Position numbers and translations under genes: made by a program. Shown in pieces: positions 53,563 to 64,000 of a stretch of 64,000 nucleotides of DNA. The notes under the pieces are model-generated. The model was not told the origin of the DNA. It searched no databases and saw nothing but the letters and a program-made list of their open reading frames with translations. The stretch is from assembly GCA_003707115.1 (NCBI GenBank), contig PPNB01000009.1:124001-188000 (forward strand), read 5' to 3'. Numbering within the stretch: position 1 is the stretch's first letter; the number at the start of each line of letters is the position of its first letter. Source of the stretch: Tortispora ganteri (taxonomy: Eukaryota).

Positions 53563-56385
53563 ATGCTAACACCGAGCCAATTCTATGGGCCAGCTACTGC
53601 TATTGTATTCTACCGCGACGATATCCTAGTAGCCGGACATGGTCCTCTTTTGCGTATTTTTAATTGGAAGACGGCCGAGCAGATTGCTGAATACCGCGTT
53701 TTTAAGAGAAACTGCGTCCATGGACTTGTCATTGCAGAAGACGAGGTCCTGGTATGGGGAGCGACTTCTTTCGCAGTTGTATCGCTCAAAGATACACTAA
53801 AACAACGTGAAGCTGCCAAAGAATGTTACGTTTCTGATTGGATTTTTTCTGCTATTGTGCATAAAGAGATAATCTACCTACTTACGGCGCACAACGTCGT
53901 CCTGGCAGTAAACAAGATGTCATACACAGTGATCCAAACGTATCCGTGTGTAGAGGACCCTATGCTCTATTCTGGCGACTTAGCTATCAAAGACGATCGT
54001 ATTTATGTGGCTTCAGGCACAATATTTGGCCCCATTCTCGTTTGGTCGCTCGATAGCCTTACTCCGCGACATAGACTAACAGGTCATATCGGATCAATAT
54101 TCGCCGTTAAGTGGTCTGCAGACTTGACCAGACTCGCAACAGGTTCCGATGACAGATCAATCAAGCTTTGGGATGTGTCTAGTGGTCACTGCCTGTCGAC
54201 CGGCTGGGGTCACGATGCACGTGTCTGGGCTCTACTGTTTATTGACAATAACACACTTCTATCAGCTTCAGAGGACTGCACGTGTCGCATTTGGCAACAT
54301 GACCACACATTACAGTGTACCGACAACCGGCTTCTTCACGTTGGCAAACACGCATGGAACATTGCATTTAATTACCGTTCGCGTGTATACGCTTCCTGCG
54401 GTGGAGACGGGGCTATCGTCCTCAATGATATCGATCTGAAGCAGCATATCGTGCTACCGGATGCAACTATAGACAAATCGCTTATCAGCAGCTATGGTAC
54501 CTCCTGGAAGGGATTCACCGACTATGCACCTGGATACCTACTCGCTGCTACCGATACAGGTGCCATAATGCGTTTGTCACTACAGCATGAACCAGCCGCT
54601 GTACTGTTAGTCGAGCCCGCCGCTATAAACAGCAATACCTCGATCTATACGTGGCCGCAATCTGATCTTTCATGCTTCTCGGATGGTGAAGGCTCGTTAG
54701 TGATATTTTGCCACAACTCTGGGCGCGTCTATGCGCGCTGGATACACGGCAATGCCAAACGCGCTGTCCACCTCTGTCGCGGGTCTGCAGACAGGCACTA
54801 CCTATTTTCACAAAGTTCTGCGCCAGGTGATTCTCTCTTTATGGACGTCTTTGACTTCTCGGAAATAGGACTGTCCAATTATAGTTCTGTGCAGCTCACC
54901 ACACCCGCTGCATTCCTAACATCTAGCGCATGCGTGCTCGAGACTCAAGGTCTTATAGTCGCCGGCTCTCGGTTAGGCTCTATAGCCGTCTACTCACTGC
55001 ACAGCGCAAAACTGCTGTACACACAACCAAGTGTGATTTCACAAGACTTTGCAGTGACTTCTTTATCTGAGACAGATACCGGGTCAATGCTCTGTACTAC
55101 TAGAGATGGGTTTCATGCGCTTTTAGATGTTGCCGAAGATAAACTGGTTATAGCACACTGCTCAAAAGTGGCTAAAGGTAGCATAGAGGGCGGAAGACTG
55201 TTCCGTGGCGCGCTATACCTATGGGGGTTTCGTACTAACACGTTTGTCTTCTGGAACGCCACTGAACATTACACATACTTATCTGTGGTCTGTGGAGGCA
55301 TTCATAGAGCATGGTCATTTGTTGCAGACCTTGAATCTAACAGAATACGGTTTACGTTTGCGAAAGCGGGCGCGTTACATCGCGTTGAGCGACCGATTTG
55401 TAGCGAAAAGTTTACGCAAAGCAGCCTGACCCATGCCTGTCATGGGCGCGAAGTGCGGAGTATCAAGTTCAGTCCGGATGGCGATATCCTTGCCACAGGC
55501 GCAGAAGACACCCTTATTCGTTTGAGTACAGTGACATCTGATGGACGAATAGAGACCAAAACTGTGCTGAATCATCACGTTTCCGGTATTCAAGATATGG
55601 CGTGGGCAGCTGCGGGTCGGTACTTATTTTCGTCGGGCGGCCGCGAAGAGCTGCTGGCATGGAAAGTAGAATGGCACAAATCTGTTTTAGCGGCATCTAT
55701 GGTTTCTGCAGCGCCGAAGTTCAGCGAACATGCTGATTTGCGAATCACAGGACTGTGTACTTTCACGGATGATACAGTGCAGTATATTGCAGGATGCTTC
55801 TCTGATTCGTCTATCTGTGTGTGGCGGTTTGAGAACGAGACTTTTACTCCAACTGTGAAGGGTGTGTACCGTTCATGCTGCCTTCTGAACGTCGACGTGG
55901 TAGAAGCTGACGATAAGCGTTGGTTAATTCTTACGGCCACAGACGGCTATGTGATCGTTTACGCGCTGGACCTAGCAGCAAATGAGCTTTGTAGTCCTGC
56001 GCTCACAGTCAAAGTGCACCAGTCAGGTATTAAAGGATACTTGCGGTTCACTAAAGGCCCTGATTCGTGTTACATTGTGTGTGGGGGCGATGATTGCGCT
56101 CTTGCAACAGTGGAGTTCACATTTGCACCGACCATTACAGCGAAAGTAGTCTTTGTTATGCGATCAGCGCACTCGTCGTGTGTAACAGGACTTATTAGAA
56201 CATCGTCTAATGAGTTTGTTTCAATAAGTGAGGACCAGAATGTGCGGAAATGGCGAATATTAGAGAGCAAACTCGAGTTGCTTGAAAGTCACTACACGTG
56301 CGTCGCCGATACGGGGTCTGGAGATAATCATGAAAAGTGCCTTGTGATTGGTGGATCTGGTATTTCGACATGGATGGAAATATAA
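53563..56385 (+). CDS. RTT10: WD40 protein Trm734/Rtt10 (WDR6), partner of the Trm7 tRNA 2'-O-methyltransferase
   Basis: GHIGSIF, SDDRSIKLWD, GWGHDARVW, CGGIHRAW, HGREVR, TGAEDT, SSGGREEL, HQSGIK, GGDD. Confidence 0.88.
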   Translation: MLTPSQFYGPATAIVFYRDDILVAGHGPLLRIFNWKTAEQIAEYRVFKRNCVHGLVIAEDEVLVWGATSFAVVSLKDTLKQREAAKECYVSDWIFSAIVHKEIIYLLTAHNVVLAVNKMSYTVIQTYPCVEDPMLYSGDLAIKDDRIYVASGTIFGPILVWSLDSLTPRHRLTGHIGSIFAVKWSADLTRLATGSDDRSIKLWDVSSGHCLSTGWGHDARVWALLFIDNNTLLSASEDCTCRIWQHDHTLQCTDNRLLHVGKHAWNIAFNYRSRVYASCGGDGAIVLNDIDLKQHIVLPDATIDKSLISSYGTSWKGFTDYAPGYLLAATDTGAIMRLSLQHEPAAVLLVEPAAINSNTSIYTWPQSDLSCFSDGEGSLVIFCHNSGRVYARWIHGNAKRAVHLCRGSADRHYLFSQSSAPGDSLFMDVFDFSEIGLSNYSSVQLTTPAAFLTSSACVLETQGLIVAGSRLGSIAVYSLHSAKLLYTQPSVISQDFAVTSLSETDTGSMLCTTRDGFHALLDVAEDKLVIAHCSKVAKGSIEGGRLFRGALYLWGFRTNTFVFWNATEHYTYLSVVCGGIHRAWSFVADLESNRIRFTFAKAGALHRVERPICSEKFTQSSLTHACHGREVRSIKFSPDGDILATGAEDTLIRLSTVTSDGRIETKTVLNHHVSGIQDMAWAAAGRYLFSSGGREELLAWKVEWHKSVLAASMVSAAPKFSEHADLRITGLCTFTDDTVQYIAGCFSDSSICVWRFENETFTPTVKGVYRSCCLLNVDVVEADDKRWLILTATDGYVIVYALDLAANELCSPALTVKVHQSGIKGYLRFTKGPDSCYIVCGGDDCALATVEFTFAPTITAKVVFVMRSAHSSCVTGLIRTSSNEFVSISEDQNVRKWRILESKLELLESHYTCVADTGSGDNHEKCLVIGGSGISTWMEI

Positions 56386-56492
56386 TGACTTTCTTGATGT
56401 ATTTTTAAGGCCACTATAATAAAATGCTATAGTTGCGGCAGCATCCCATACAGGTCCCAACGATGATGATCTTACCGTCTACCAACTGTACA

Positions 56493-56829
56493 ATGGCTAA
56501 TGCACTAGAAGAACTACAAACTTACATGCAGCTGATAGTCCAAGTCACTATTAGTGACAAACGACGGTTTATTGGTAGACTGTTATGTACCGACAAGGTA
56601 AGTTGACCGATCTGGATACTGAGATATGCTAACGATACAGCAATGCAACCTCATACTTGAGGATGGTACAGAGATATGGCCCGAACAGGAAAATACAGAC
56701 ACATTTTGTACAAAATTCGAACGCCGTGTCGGCATGCTTGTTATTCCTGGTGGTATAATAGAAAAGATAGAGTGCAATACCGAACCTCTAAAGAGTCCTT
56801 TGAAGTCTAATGGTGGACAGTACGTTTAA
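56493..56829 (+). CDS. MAK31: Sm-like NatC auxiliary subunit Mak31/Naa38; exons 56493-56597 and 56641-56829 (97 aa)
   Basis: The spliced product has Sm1 VQVTISDKRRFIGRLLCTDK|QCNLIL and Sm2 RRVGMLVIPG; intron GTAAGT...GCTAAC-GATACAG (43 nt), phase 0. Confidence 0.85.
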
Positions 56830-57045
56830 TGGTGAAAGCACGGAGTTTTAAGGCTTACTATGAGTTTTTAATGTTATAATGATTTATATATATTTTAGTA
56901 TTTAAATGGGTAATTTTATGTAGCCATTTTTTAGCCATTTTTTTGGCATCAGTTGGTGTTCGTTATCGAGGTTTATGTCATTGGTAATTGGTACATTAAC
57001 CCGATTGGTCGTTAGTACATTAGTTTTTTTACTAGCGTCCATATT

Positions 57046-57285
57046 TTACCCTTGTCTTTGCTTGTGTTTAGGATTCGATTTACATCGAATATATAACGTG
57101 CCTTTACGGCGAACTATATAGCAATCCGGACATAGTCGTTTTACTGAGGCTCGCACTTTCATTCCTCGTGATGGCTCGATAGTCCGCAGCGTCACACTCC
57201 TTGGCACAGTCGGCAAGCGCAATATGTTTCTTAGGCCAAAAATAGACCGCGAAATATTAAATAATCCTTGTATTCTGCCAAACAT
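57046..57285 (-). CDS. RTC6: Mitochondrial ribosomal protein bL36m
   Basis: Presequence followed by [37 protein letters not shown]; first ATG at 57285. Confidence 0.92.
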   Translation of the reverse strand: MFGRIQGLFNISRSIFGLRNILRLPTVPRSVTLRTIEPSRGMKVRASVKRLCPDCYIVRRKGTLYIRCKSNPKHKQRQG

Positions 57286-57554
57286 TGTTATATAAACTAG
57301 GAAACAGTACAAAATTGTAACTGCGAATCATATATCTATGGCCCGAAGTGGAACCAAAATTTACCTAAGGTGTAATTTGGTTGTCATGGTAATATTCTAA
57401 CTCCATTAACTTCAATGAGTCAAGTGCAACGTTCGAACGGATCAATATGGTTTTCACGCCTGATTATTTAACAAAACGGTGCTAGAATTGTTTGTCGCCC
57501 TTTGACATTCAGCTTACTTTGCATTTTTTTTAATTATCTGCAACGGTTGCATAG

Positions 57555-60302
57555 ATGGGTGTGAGAGGGTTATGGGACATTCTTGAAGCAACGGCACACC
57601 CTGTTAAACTTGAAGCACTAGCTAAAAAGCAATTAGCTGTGGATGCCTCGATCTGGATATACCATTTCCTCAAAGCTGTTAGAGACAAAGAAGGAAACGC
57701 TTTAAAGAGTTCACATGTTGTAGGATTCTTTAGAAGAATATGCAAGCTGTTGTATTTTGGCATCCAGCCGGTTTTTGTGTTTGACGGTGGCGCACCTGTA
57801 CTGAAGAGGCAAACAATCGCACGTAGGAAACAAAACAGAGCTGAACGAAAAGTTGACGCCGCTAAAACTGCAGAACAATTGTTGTCTTTACAACTTCAAA
57901 GGAATGCAGAACTTCAAAACCAACATAAAAATAACCACAATGCTTCAAAGGCCGAGGATGAGGAAGAGAAAGAAAAGAGACTTAAAAGGCTTGAGAAGTA
58001 TCATAGTTCTGACCCGTATCATCTTCCAAAACTTGAAGCTGGTATTGAAGTAGCCGAAAATGACGTTCGTCTAATAACAGATGAGCTTCTGAAACAGTAT
58101 AGGCAGGATTTCGAGTCTATAGACATCTCTTTACTCGACCAACAGGATCTATCTCAAATAGATTTCTCCTCCCCGGAATTTAAAGCACTACCTTTACCAG
58201 CTCAGTACCATATATTGAATGCTCTACGTCTTAAATCGAGACTCAGAATGGGATACTCTACAGAACAACTCAGATCAATGTTCCCATCTCAGCTTGAATT
58301 CTCAAAATTTCAAGTGAATAGAGTCGCGTACAGGAATGAACTGACCCAGAAATTAATGACTCTCAATGGGATAGAATCCAACCAGGAGCGAAGAGTAACT
58401 GGTGAACGAGGTAGGGCGTATATACTGAGAAAGAACCCCACTACTAACTGGACTCTCTCGCTCGATGACCAAACAGCAGACAGTATCGATGCCGGAAACC
58501 CTGACGAAGTCAGCGATGAAGACGGCTGGGACGACGTTAACATAACTCCTTCATCGCTTGTTCACGACCAGTTAAATGATACTCTGGATATACAGAACTC
58601 TAGTGCAAATGACGGACTATTTATCAGAGATGAAAATGACGTTGATCTTACGGATGAGGCACTACTTGCTGCTGTGATTCAGAAATCAATAGAAGAAATT
58701 GAAAAAGACAGAGGACCTACTAATCATGATAAGCAGGTGTCTAATGCTCAACTACAACAAGCTATTCAAATAACATCAGCTTTAGATGTTCCCTTCATTT
58801 TGGAGACTGATAATCCTGAAGCAGAAGAGCCGGAAACGAACCATGTAGTAACTGCACCTGAAAGCACTCTGAATTCTCCTCAACAACCGTATGAAATATC
58901 ATTAAGGGACTTTCACACATCCAAGAAGGAGATAAGTCCGCACATTAATTCCTCTTATAGTGAAGAATCTGCTGCAAGATTGCATGAGAATCCTGAAGTT
59001 CCGAACCGAGAACAGAATGAAAAGCAAACACAAATATCAGATAACAACTATGAAGAATTATTTTTTGAAAGTCCTGATTTAACCCTCTCGAATAACTCAG
59101 AGGATATATCCCGCCACTCTAGCGCTGACTCATCTCCGACTACTCATAATGTTGCTGCTGACTCCTCTCGCGAGCAAATTTTCGAACCAGATAATCTAAA
59201 AACTGAATCTGATCTTGTTAAAAAGGAAGTTGTGTATGATTTATCATCAGATGAAGAAGATGAAATGCTATTTGAGCAACTATCTCGTGAAAATCACGAG
59301 CATGCGCGATTTGCGAACGAGCTAAACAAGAATAACAACAAGCCGCTCGCCACTGCTGAAGAATACGAAAAAGAACTGCGCGAGCTACGTGAGCAGCATA
59401 AGAAGGATGTTCGAGACGCAGACGAAGTTAATACAATTATGATCCTTGAATGCCAAGAACTATTACGAGCATTTGGCATTCCATATGTTGTGGCACCAAT
59501 GGAAGCTGAAGCTCAATGTGCGGAACTTCAACGCCTAGGTCTAGTTGAAGGTATTGTCACAGACGATAGCGATGCATTTCTTTTTGGTGCCACTAAGGTA
59601 TACAAGAACATGTTCAGTCAGTCTAAATTTGTGGAATGTTACTATGCTGCTGATATTGAAAGAAATTTAGGTTTAGATCAGAAGAAGTTGATTGCTTTAG
59701 CTCATGTATTGGGGAGTGATTATGCCGATGGACTGCCTGGTGTCGGTCCAGTTACTGCGACCGAGCTTCTAGCGGATTTCTATTCTGAGGACGAAGGGCT
59801 GCTACCTTTTAAGGCTTGGTGGAAGCAAGTACAGTCTGCGGACCCACTAGTTGACAAGACTTCTACGTCTTTCAGGAAAAAATTTGTTAAGAACAATTCA
59901 AAGACTCTCTTCTTGCAGAACAATTTTTTAGATCCGAAAGTCGATGAGGCATATCTTCATCCGGAAGTTGATCATTCTAATGCGGCGTTTGAATGGGGAA
60001 CGCCTGATTTAGATCAGTTGCGCAGTTTCTTAATGACGACAATCGGATGGAGCAAAGAGCGTACTGATGAGATTCTGGTCCCTGTGATTAAAGACATGAA
60101 CACACGTGCAGCTAGATCATACCAGCGATCCGTTTCAGAGATGATGCAAGCGAATGTGAACCTATCTGTGTACACTAAGGAGCCCAAACACAAAAGTAAG
60201 CGCATTCGTGACGCCTTGGGAAAACTGCGATCCAAAAAACGAAAAGTATCCAAAAGCATGGCCGTAAACACTTCTGAACATGTAAGTGATGATGATTTAT
60301 AA
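57555..60302 (+). CDS. RAD2: XPG-family nucleotide excision repair endonuclease
   Basis: MGVRGLW, AVDASIWIY, VFVFDG, APMEAEAQCA, TDDSD.FLFG, GSDY, GVGPVTA. Confidence 0.96.
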   Translation: MGVRGLWDILEATAHPVKLEALAKKQLAVDASIWIYHFLKAVRDKEGNALKSSHVVGFFRRICKLLYFGIQPVFVFDGGAPVLKRQTIARRKQNRAERKVDAAKTAEQLLSLQLQRNAELQNQHKNNHNASKAEDEEEKEKRLKRLEKYHSSDPYHLPKLEAGIEVAENDVRLITDELLKQYRQDFESIDISLLDQQDLSQIDFSSPEFKALPLPAQYHILNALRLKSRLRMGYSTEQLRSMFPSQLEFSKFQVNRVAYRNELTQKLMTLNGIESNQERRVTGERGRAYILRKNPTTNWTLSLDDQTADSIDAGNPDEVSDEDGWDDVNITPSSLVHDQLNDTLDIQNSSANDGLFIRDENDVDLTDEALLAAVIQKSIEEIEKDRGPTNHDKQVSNAQLQQAIQITSALDVPFILETDNPEAEEPETNHVVTAPESTLNSPQQPYEISLRDFHTSKKEISPHINSSYSEESAARLHENPEVPNREQNEKQTQISDNNYEELFFESPDLTLSNNSEDISRHSSADSSPTTHNVAADSSREQIFEPDNLKTESDLVKKEVVYDLSSDEEDEMLFEQLSRENHEHARFANELNKNNNKPLATAEEYEKELRELREQHKKDVRDADEVNTIMILECQELLRAFGIPYVVAPMEAEAQCAELQRLGLVEGIVTDDSDAFLFGATKVYKNMFSQSKFVECYYAADIERNLGLDQKKLIALAHVLGSDYADGLPGVGPVTATELLADFYSEDEGLLPFKAWWKQVQSADPLVDKTSTSFRKKFVKNNSKTLFLQNNFLDPKVDEAYLHPEVDHSNAAFEWGTPDLDQLRSFLMTTIGWSKERTDEILVPVIKDMNTRAARSYQRSVSEMMQANVNLSVYTKEPKHKSKRIRDALGKLRSKKRKVSKSMAVNTSEHVSDDDL

Positions 60303-60804
60303 TCTAACGGTACCTGATAGGCATATGTATGGCGTTCTAAAGTGATCTTTTGCACGAACAGCAGATGCCAATATGATGATTGAATGGTTAATTTTGCTCA
60401 GTGAATTTTGAGATGCATTTTTCCAAGCATATCGTAAAGGAAAACTACGTTGCATGGAAAACTATGGTACATGCGAAAGGCACGCGCTTTGTGTTAAGCT
60501 TTTATGACAACTTCAGTCCGATCAGTATTGGCAAGTTCAACAACCAGGACTTAAAAATGTATTTGAGACTGCTTAATTTACTGTATCATTATAAATCCTG
60601 GCGATATAATCGAGCACTACAATATGTATAAATGTATATTGGTGCATGTGAATAAGTTTCTGCAGGGTAATTGAATGACCAATAGAAGACCGTTTTTAAT
60701 CCCAACCAGTTTGCAGATACTATTAATTTTTTTAAATACCCCTATTAAAAACTTCGACAAATCTTTTCTCTTTTTGCTGAAAGAAGCTGATCTGCTAGGG
60801 CAAT

Positions 60805-62736
60805 ATGAAAATTCAAAAGAAATATTCAAGCGGTGCCAGTCGAAATTACATTACTCGAACTCAGGCTATCAGGAAGCTGCAGGTCTCATTGGCTGACTTT
60901 CGTAGGCTCTGTATCTTCAAAGGTATATACCCTCGCGAGCCCAGAAGCAAACGAAAAGCCAACAAGGGATCAACAGCACCTACTACGTTCTATTACTTTA
61001 AGGATATTCAGTACCTGCTACACGAGCCTGTTCTGCAGAAGTTTCGTGAGCACAAAGCCTTTGCGAAGAAACTTACACGAGCACTCGGACGAGGTGATGT
61101 AGGCGATGCTAAGCGACTTGACGACAATAGACCAAAATACAGACTAGATCATATTGTCAAAGAGCGCTACCCAACATTTATTGATGCTCTCAGAGATATT
61201 GATGATGCTTTAAGTTTACTGTTCCTGTTCTCTACCATGCCCGCTACCGACGTCATTTCGCAGCGTGTCACCGAAACAGCAGAACAACTCTGCAACCAAT
61301 GGATGGCATTTGTGTCTAATCAGAGACTTCTTCGCAAAGTTTTTGTTTCTATAAAAGGTATCTACTACCAGTGCGAAATCAAAGGACAGGAAATCACCTG
61401 GGTCGTTCCTTTCAAATTCACTCCCAATGTTCCTACTGATGTCGATTTCAGAATCATGCTCACATTCCTTGAATTCTACACTACGCTCATTAGATTTGTT
61501 TTGTTCAAGCTCTACACGGAGGCTGGATACGTTTATCCTCCTAGAGCTGATGTAGAAAAGATAAAGGGAATTGGCGGCTTGTCAACATTTTTGCTGGAAA
61601 GTGTCAATGCCAAGAGCTTTGATTCTCGGCCGTTGGCTGTCAAACAGGGCACAATATCAGCCACAGACGTTAGCGAAGCTATCAAGGATGCATCAAATGC
61701 CGAAGAAGGAGCAGATGGTGAAGCAGACAATGACAGCGATGAAATCGCTAAAGAACAACAGCTGGATGCTTTTGTCCCTATTGAGAGCGGCGCCGAAACG
61801 GGTGACCTTCTTGCTCAGCCTGTAGACACAGATTCCACTCAGTTCAAGAACCTGTTCTCCGGATTCACCTTCTTCGTAGGCCGTGAGGTCCCTGTTGAAC
61901 TTGCTGAATTTGTAATTGTGTCCTTTGGCGGAAGAGTCATCTCTGAGTCTGCCTACGATGATGCGTTGGCTAAGGTTCTTGAATCTGACGCTACTGAGAG
62001 CTATGTGAACGGCTCAACTATAGGAAATGAGGCTGAAGTTGATTCCTCAGCCTTGGAAGCTGCCCGCGAGAAAGAAGCGCAGGCTCTGAACTCGCTTCTT
62101 CCTGAAGGCGTTACTATCACGCATCATATCGTAGACCGGCCTACAATCCGCTCCAAGGTTGCTGGAAGAGTGTATATTCAGCCGCAATGGATATTTGATT
62201 CTGTGAATAAAGGAGAGCTACTTCCTGTGATTGATTACGCACCTGGCGCAGAGCTGCCACCGCACTTGAGTCCCTGGGGCGATTCAGGCACCTACAATCC
62301 TGAAGAATATGCCTTTGGCGGCCGTGCTGAGAACGCAGAAGAAGAGGAAGAAAACAGTGAAGATGAAGAAGACGCAGAGGAAGAAGACGCAGAAGAAGAG
62401 GAAGAAGTTGAACTGGCTGCGGACGCTATTGAAACTTCTGATGACGAATACCAGAGACAGCTTGAGGCTGAACTGAAAGGTGACTCTGTGACTGTTCAAC
62501 CTGAAGGAAAGAAGCTAAAGAAAGCTGAAAAACGATCTGAAAATAAGAAGAAACGCGCTCTTGAAGATGAAGACAAAGAATTGCGTAAAATGATGATGTC
62601 TAATAAGCAACGAAAGCTGTACGAGAAAATGCAATACGGTATCAAGCAGCAGGATGACCGCTCAAAGGCCCTCAGCAAAAAACGCCGTACTATAGAAAAG
62701 GAGAAAAAGGGAAAAGCAGCAAAACTGCAAAAGTAA
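60805..62736 (+). CDS. NOP7: Pescadillo homologue Nop7 (BRCT; 60S biogenesis)
   Basis: NYITRTQAIRKLQVSLADFRRLCIFKGIYPREP, QPQWIFDSVN, LPPHLSPW. Confidence 0.97.
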   Translation: MKIQKKYSSGASRNYITRTQAIRKLQVSLADFRRLCIFKGIYPREPRSKRKANKGSTAPTTFYYFKDIQYLLHEPVLQKFREHKAFAKKLTRALGRGDVGDAKRLDDNRPKYRLDHIVKERYPTFIDALRDIDDALSLLFLFSTMPATDVISQRVTETAEQLCNQWMAFVSNQRLLRKVFVSIKGIYYQCEIKGQEITWVVPFKFTPNVPTDVDFRIMLTFLEFYTTLIRFVLFKLYTEAGYVYPPRADVEKIKGIGGLSTFLLESVNAKSFDSRPLAVKQGTISATDVSEAIKDASNAEEGADGEADNDSDEIAKEQQLDAFVPIESGAETGDLLAQPVDTDSTQFKNLFSGFTFFVGREVPVELAEFVIVSFGGRVISESAYDDALAKVLESDATESYVNGSTIGNEAEVDSSALEAAREKEAQALNSLLPEGVTITHHIVDRPTIRSKVAGRVYIQPQWIFDSVNKGELLPVIDYAPGAELPPHLSPWGDSGTYNPEEYAFGGRAENAEEEEENSEDEEDAEEEDAEEEEEVELAADAIETSDDEYQRQLEAELKGDSVTVQPEGKKLKKAEKRSENKKKRALEDEDKELRKMMMSNKQRKLYEKMQYGIKQQDDRSKALSKKRRTIEKEKKGKAAKLQK

Positions 62737-62915
62737 TGAATATACTATTTATTTTTACAGCATGACTTATAGCGGTAGATTATTATGGAGAAAATGACTT
62801 TTAGCGTTTAGCAAATTTATATAACTTGTCATTAAAATGAGCGTAAATATTAAAGACAGGTAAGAAAAGAAATAATGATCAATGTATTTTCTCTATTCGG
62901 GATCAGCTAAGTTGT

Positions 62916-64000
62916 CTAATCCCATTTATCTTCTTCTTGCTGTCTAGCGGTAGAAGATTTATCTATCGGTCGCGTTATAACTTGAACAAAATCAGGAGGA
63001 CTCAGTTTGGGCCAGTTGACGTAGGAAGTTCGGTTAAGCAGAATCAGTGATAGTCCATATAAAAGAACCCCCATCCACAACAAAACGAATAAAGACATGG
63101 GCATCCTGCTCTCAACGTTCTGTCGCGGGAGAATCCACGCTGCTATTAGCATGAGAATGCCCGAGTAAACCAAATAGGGAGCGGCTTGAAGTAGCAAAGG
63201 TCTTTTGTCGTAGGTTAAGGCTTCTGCTAACGTGGAATCTGTCGCGGGATCATATACCCCAAGGAAAAGGTCATAAGCATCTTGCCTGTATCCATCGTAA
63301 AAATTGTTCAATAAGTACCTGTGAATAGAATTGTATAAGTCAGATAGCGCACCTCTACGAGTACGACGACCGGTTCTCGTGAAGTCTGTTTTCAAAGCTC
63401 CTGTGCCTGAGTATGCTTCAGAAGTGACATTGCCATTGTCAGCCCAAGTGTTTCTAAACAAACTCTCAAATTCAATATCGACATTGTCAAAGGATGTAGA
63501 TAATGTGTTAATAATCCCATAAGACATTAGCTGCTGGTGGAGTACCCATCTAGCTATAAAAGATTGAACGACATTCGTTCTGTCCAAGCAGTCCATACAA
63601 TTAGTTCTCACTACAGCAGTCTGCAGTCTATCGGTAACTAGTGTGCTTGAAGAAGCCAAATCGGTAGAGGATAGCATATGAGCTTCAAACCATAGAGAAT
63701 TATTAGCATTGAAGTCATCAATTGCGAGGCCCTGAGCACGCAGCAGGTCGACAAGCAGGGAGACACGGTCCCATCGCATTCCGGAGCATTCGTGGTGGAA
63801 GTCGAAATAGACATACTTGACTCTATCTGCGTATTTTTCAAGGTTTGACATAGCGACCTCTAATGCAGATTTTATTCTCCTTTCGCGGCCCTTATTGTTT
63901 ACGAGGTTAACAAAGTAGACTTGATTGTAGATAGCTAGCAGCTGTTGAACATGTTTTTCAGTCGCAGGAAGTCCGAGACTTTGCACGGACGTGAAAGTGG
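62916..64000 (-). CDS. SAC1: Sac1 phosphoinositide phosphatase (3' part; 5' end outside the window)
   Basis: Catalytic CX5R RTNCMDCLDRTNVVQ, YSGTGALKTDFTRTG, two C-terminal TM helices, YVNWPKL. Confidence 0.95.
   Translation of the reverse strand, partial: TFTSVQSLGLPATEKHVQQLLAIYNQVYFVNLVNNKGRERRIKSALEVAMSNLEKYADRVKYVYFDFHHECSGMRWDRVSLLVDLLRAQGLAIDDFNANNSLWFEAHMLSSTDLASSSTLVTDRLQTAVVRTNCMDCLDRTNVVQSFIARWVLHQQLMSYGIINTLSTSFDNVDIEFESLFRNTWADNGNVTSEAYSGTGALKTDFTRTGRRTRRGALSDLYNSIHRYLLNNFYDGYRQDAYDLFLGVYDPATDSTLAEALTYDKRPLLLQAAPYLVYSGILMLIAAWILPRQNVESRMPMSLFVLLWMGVLLYGLSLILLNRTSYVNWPKLSPPDFVQVITRPIDKSSTARQQEEDKWD

Noticed and set aside
60660..60804. Possible 5' intron upstream of NOP7 (GCTGAT...CTAG)
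   Set aside because: No good donor site, and MKIQKK already matches the expected N-terminus.

Overview
Gene-dense fungal (yeast) chromosome segment, most likely an early-diverging Saccharomycotina species. CUG reads as Leu at a conserved position (Dim1 TDLGQH), and introns are rare and very short (43-52 nt). About 33 protein-coding genes are supported, mostly housekeeping: a partial gene at the left edge, VHR1, SPT14/GPI3, NDC1, RAD52, PRP6, DIM1, two orphan ORFs, DBP3, IMP3, a PRP2/DHX16-like helicase, GYP1, RSM18, a MULE-type transposase gene, HRP1, DPB2, a TNA1-family MFS transporter, NPT1, DIP2/CMR2, ARL2/CIN4, ALO1, SDA1, eIF4E, SAM37, SPC105/KNL1, RPS11, TRM734, MAK31, RTC6/bL36m, RAD2, NOP7 and a partial SAC1. 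Four spliced first exons missed by the ORF track were reconstructed by hand (SPT14, the MULE gene, HRP1, MAK31). Most notable: (1) an intact, probably spliced, DDE+SWIM Mutator-like transposase gene with no visible terminal inverted repeats (a domestication candidate); (2) a TNA1-like transporter next to NPT1, a possible nicotinate-salvage pair, separated by a 2.5-kb gap containing perfect hairpins and protein-like fragments; (3) an eIF4E with Tyr at the cap-stacking Trp56 position; (4) a KNL1 with a recently expanded 'MNxT' MELT array; (5) an RPS11 promoter combining Cbf1, Tbf1 and Homol-D motifs. All identifications come from motif recognition by eye; no database search was run.
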